From NCBI GenBank assembly GCA_947494335.1, contig CANLUT010000002.1, positions 579,904 through 643,903 on the forward strand: 64,000 nucleotides of DNA. The letters run 5' to 3'. Below, one piece after another: positions 63,751 to 64,000 of this stretch. A program made the position numbers and the translations under genes. Position 1 is the stretch's first letter, and the number at the start of each line of letters is the position of its first letter. Below the pieces are notes generated by a model. The model was not told where the DNA came from. It saw only the letters and a program-made list of their open reading frames with translations, and ran no database searches. This DNA comes from Oligoflexales bacterium (GTDB lineage: Bacteria > Bdellovibrionota_B > Oligoflexia > Oligoflexales > RGVZ01).

Positions 63751-64000
63751 ATGACAACGAAAACTGAAATGAAGCATCTTGGAAACCTGAGCCCTGCTCC
63801 TGGTTCCAACGTGAAGAAAAAGCGCCTTGGTCGCGGTCCAGGTAGCGGTCTCGGTAAGACGGCTGCTCGCGGTGGCAAAGGTCAGACAGCTCGCAAAGGC
63901 GGTGGTATTCGTGCTGGATTTGAGGGTGGTCAAACACCTCTTTACCGTCGTTTGCCAAAGCGTGGTTTTACAAATCCATTCCGCGTTGAGTACAACGTAG
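63751..64000 (+). CDS. rplO: 50S ribosomal protein L15, 5' part (runs off the window end)
   Basis: My own translation from ATG 63751: [73 protein letters not shown]... Absent from the ORF track because it is open-ended. Confidence 0.9.
   Translation, partial: MTTKTEMKHLGNLSPAPGSNVKKKRLGRGPGSGLGKTAARGGKGQTARKGGGIRAGFEGGQTPLYRRLPKRGFTNPFRVEYNV

Noticed and set aside
1-64000. I looked for CRISPR arrays, tandem repeats, IS elements, integrases, prophage genes, toxin-antitoxin pairs and known defence-system signatures.
   Set aside because: None were seen in the ORF translations or by eye in the intergenic regions. The CHAT-like domain in the giant protein is lipoprotein-associated and catalytically degenerate, so I do not call it a defence protease.

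Overview
All family calls below come from reading the supplied translations and recognising motifs. No database search was run. The window is a 64-kb chromosomal segment of a Gram-negative bacterium; the lineage cannot be fixed from sequence alone. It carries many lipobox lipoproteins, TolB/TPR giant proteins and futalosine-type menaquinone genes. Coding density is high, and I saw no rRNA, CRISPR array, transposase, integrase or phage genes.

Layout:
- 0-20 kb: housekeeping and envelope genes. These are a UbiA/UbiX pair, ilvA, an OmpR-like regulator convergent with a HAMP-PP2C phosphatase, a multihaem cytochrome, meaB plus methylmalonyl-CoA mutase, cls, tRNA-Arg(CCG), yceI and an ABC1/UbiB kinase.
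- 20.6-31.8 kb: a three-gene minus-strand operon. It encodes a YdbH/AsmA-like protein, a DUF1318/YdbL-like lipoprotein, and a 2452-aa lipoprotein with a TolB-like propeller, TPR arrays and a CHAT-like domain that has lost its catalytic residues.
- 31.9-37 kb: a futalosine radical-SAM gene, rplS, yraN, rnhB, trxA and a GHMP kinase.
- 37-48.4 kb: the most interesting region, a compact light-harvesting island (details below).
- 48.6-55 kb: an FAD oxidoreductase, an SBP-like protein, map, an OlsB-like N-acyltransferase and an M14-like peptidase.
- 55.2-64 kb: the S10-spc ribosomal protein cluster, running off the window in rplO. rplX (uL24) is missing from its canonical slot between rplN and rplE.

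The light-harvesting island holds:
- a DTE-motif, xanthorhodopsin-like proton-pump opsin with Gly at the carotenoid-antenna fenestration position;
- an in-frame CrtY::Blh fusion (lycopene cyclase plus beta-carotene 15,15'-dioxygenase);
- crtE, crtI and crtB;
- a crtW ketolase;
- a cruF-like, acyltransferase and GT2 tailoring cassette.

I interpret this as a self-contained two-chromophore photosystem: retinal plus a keto-carotenoid acyl-glycoside antenna.
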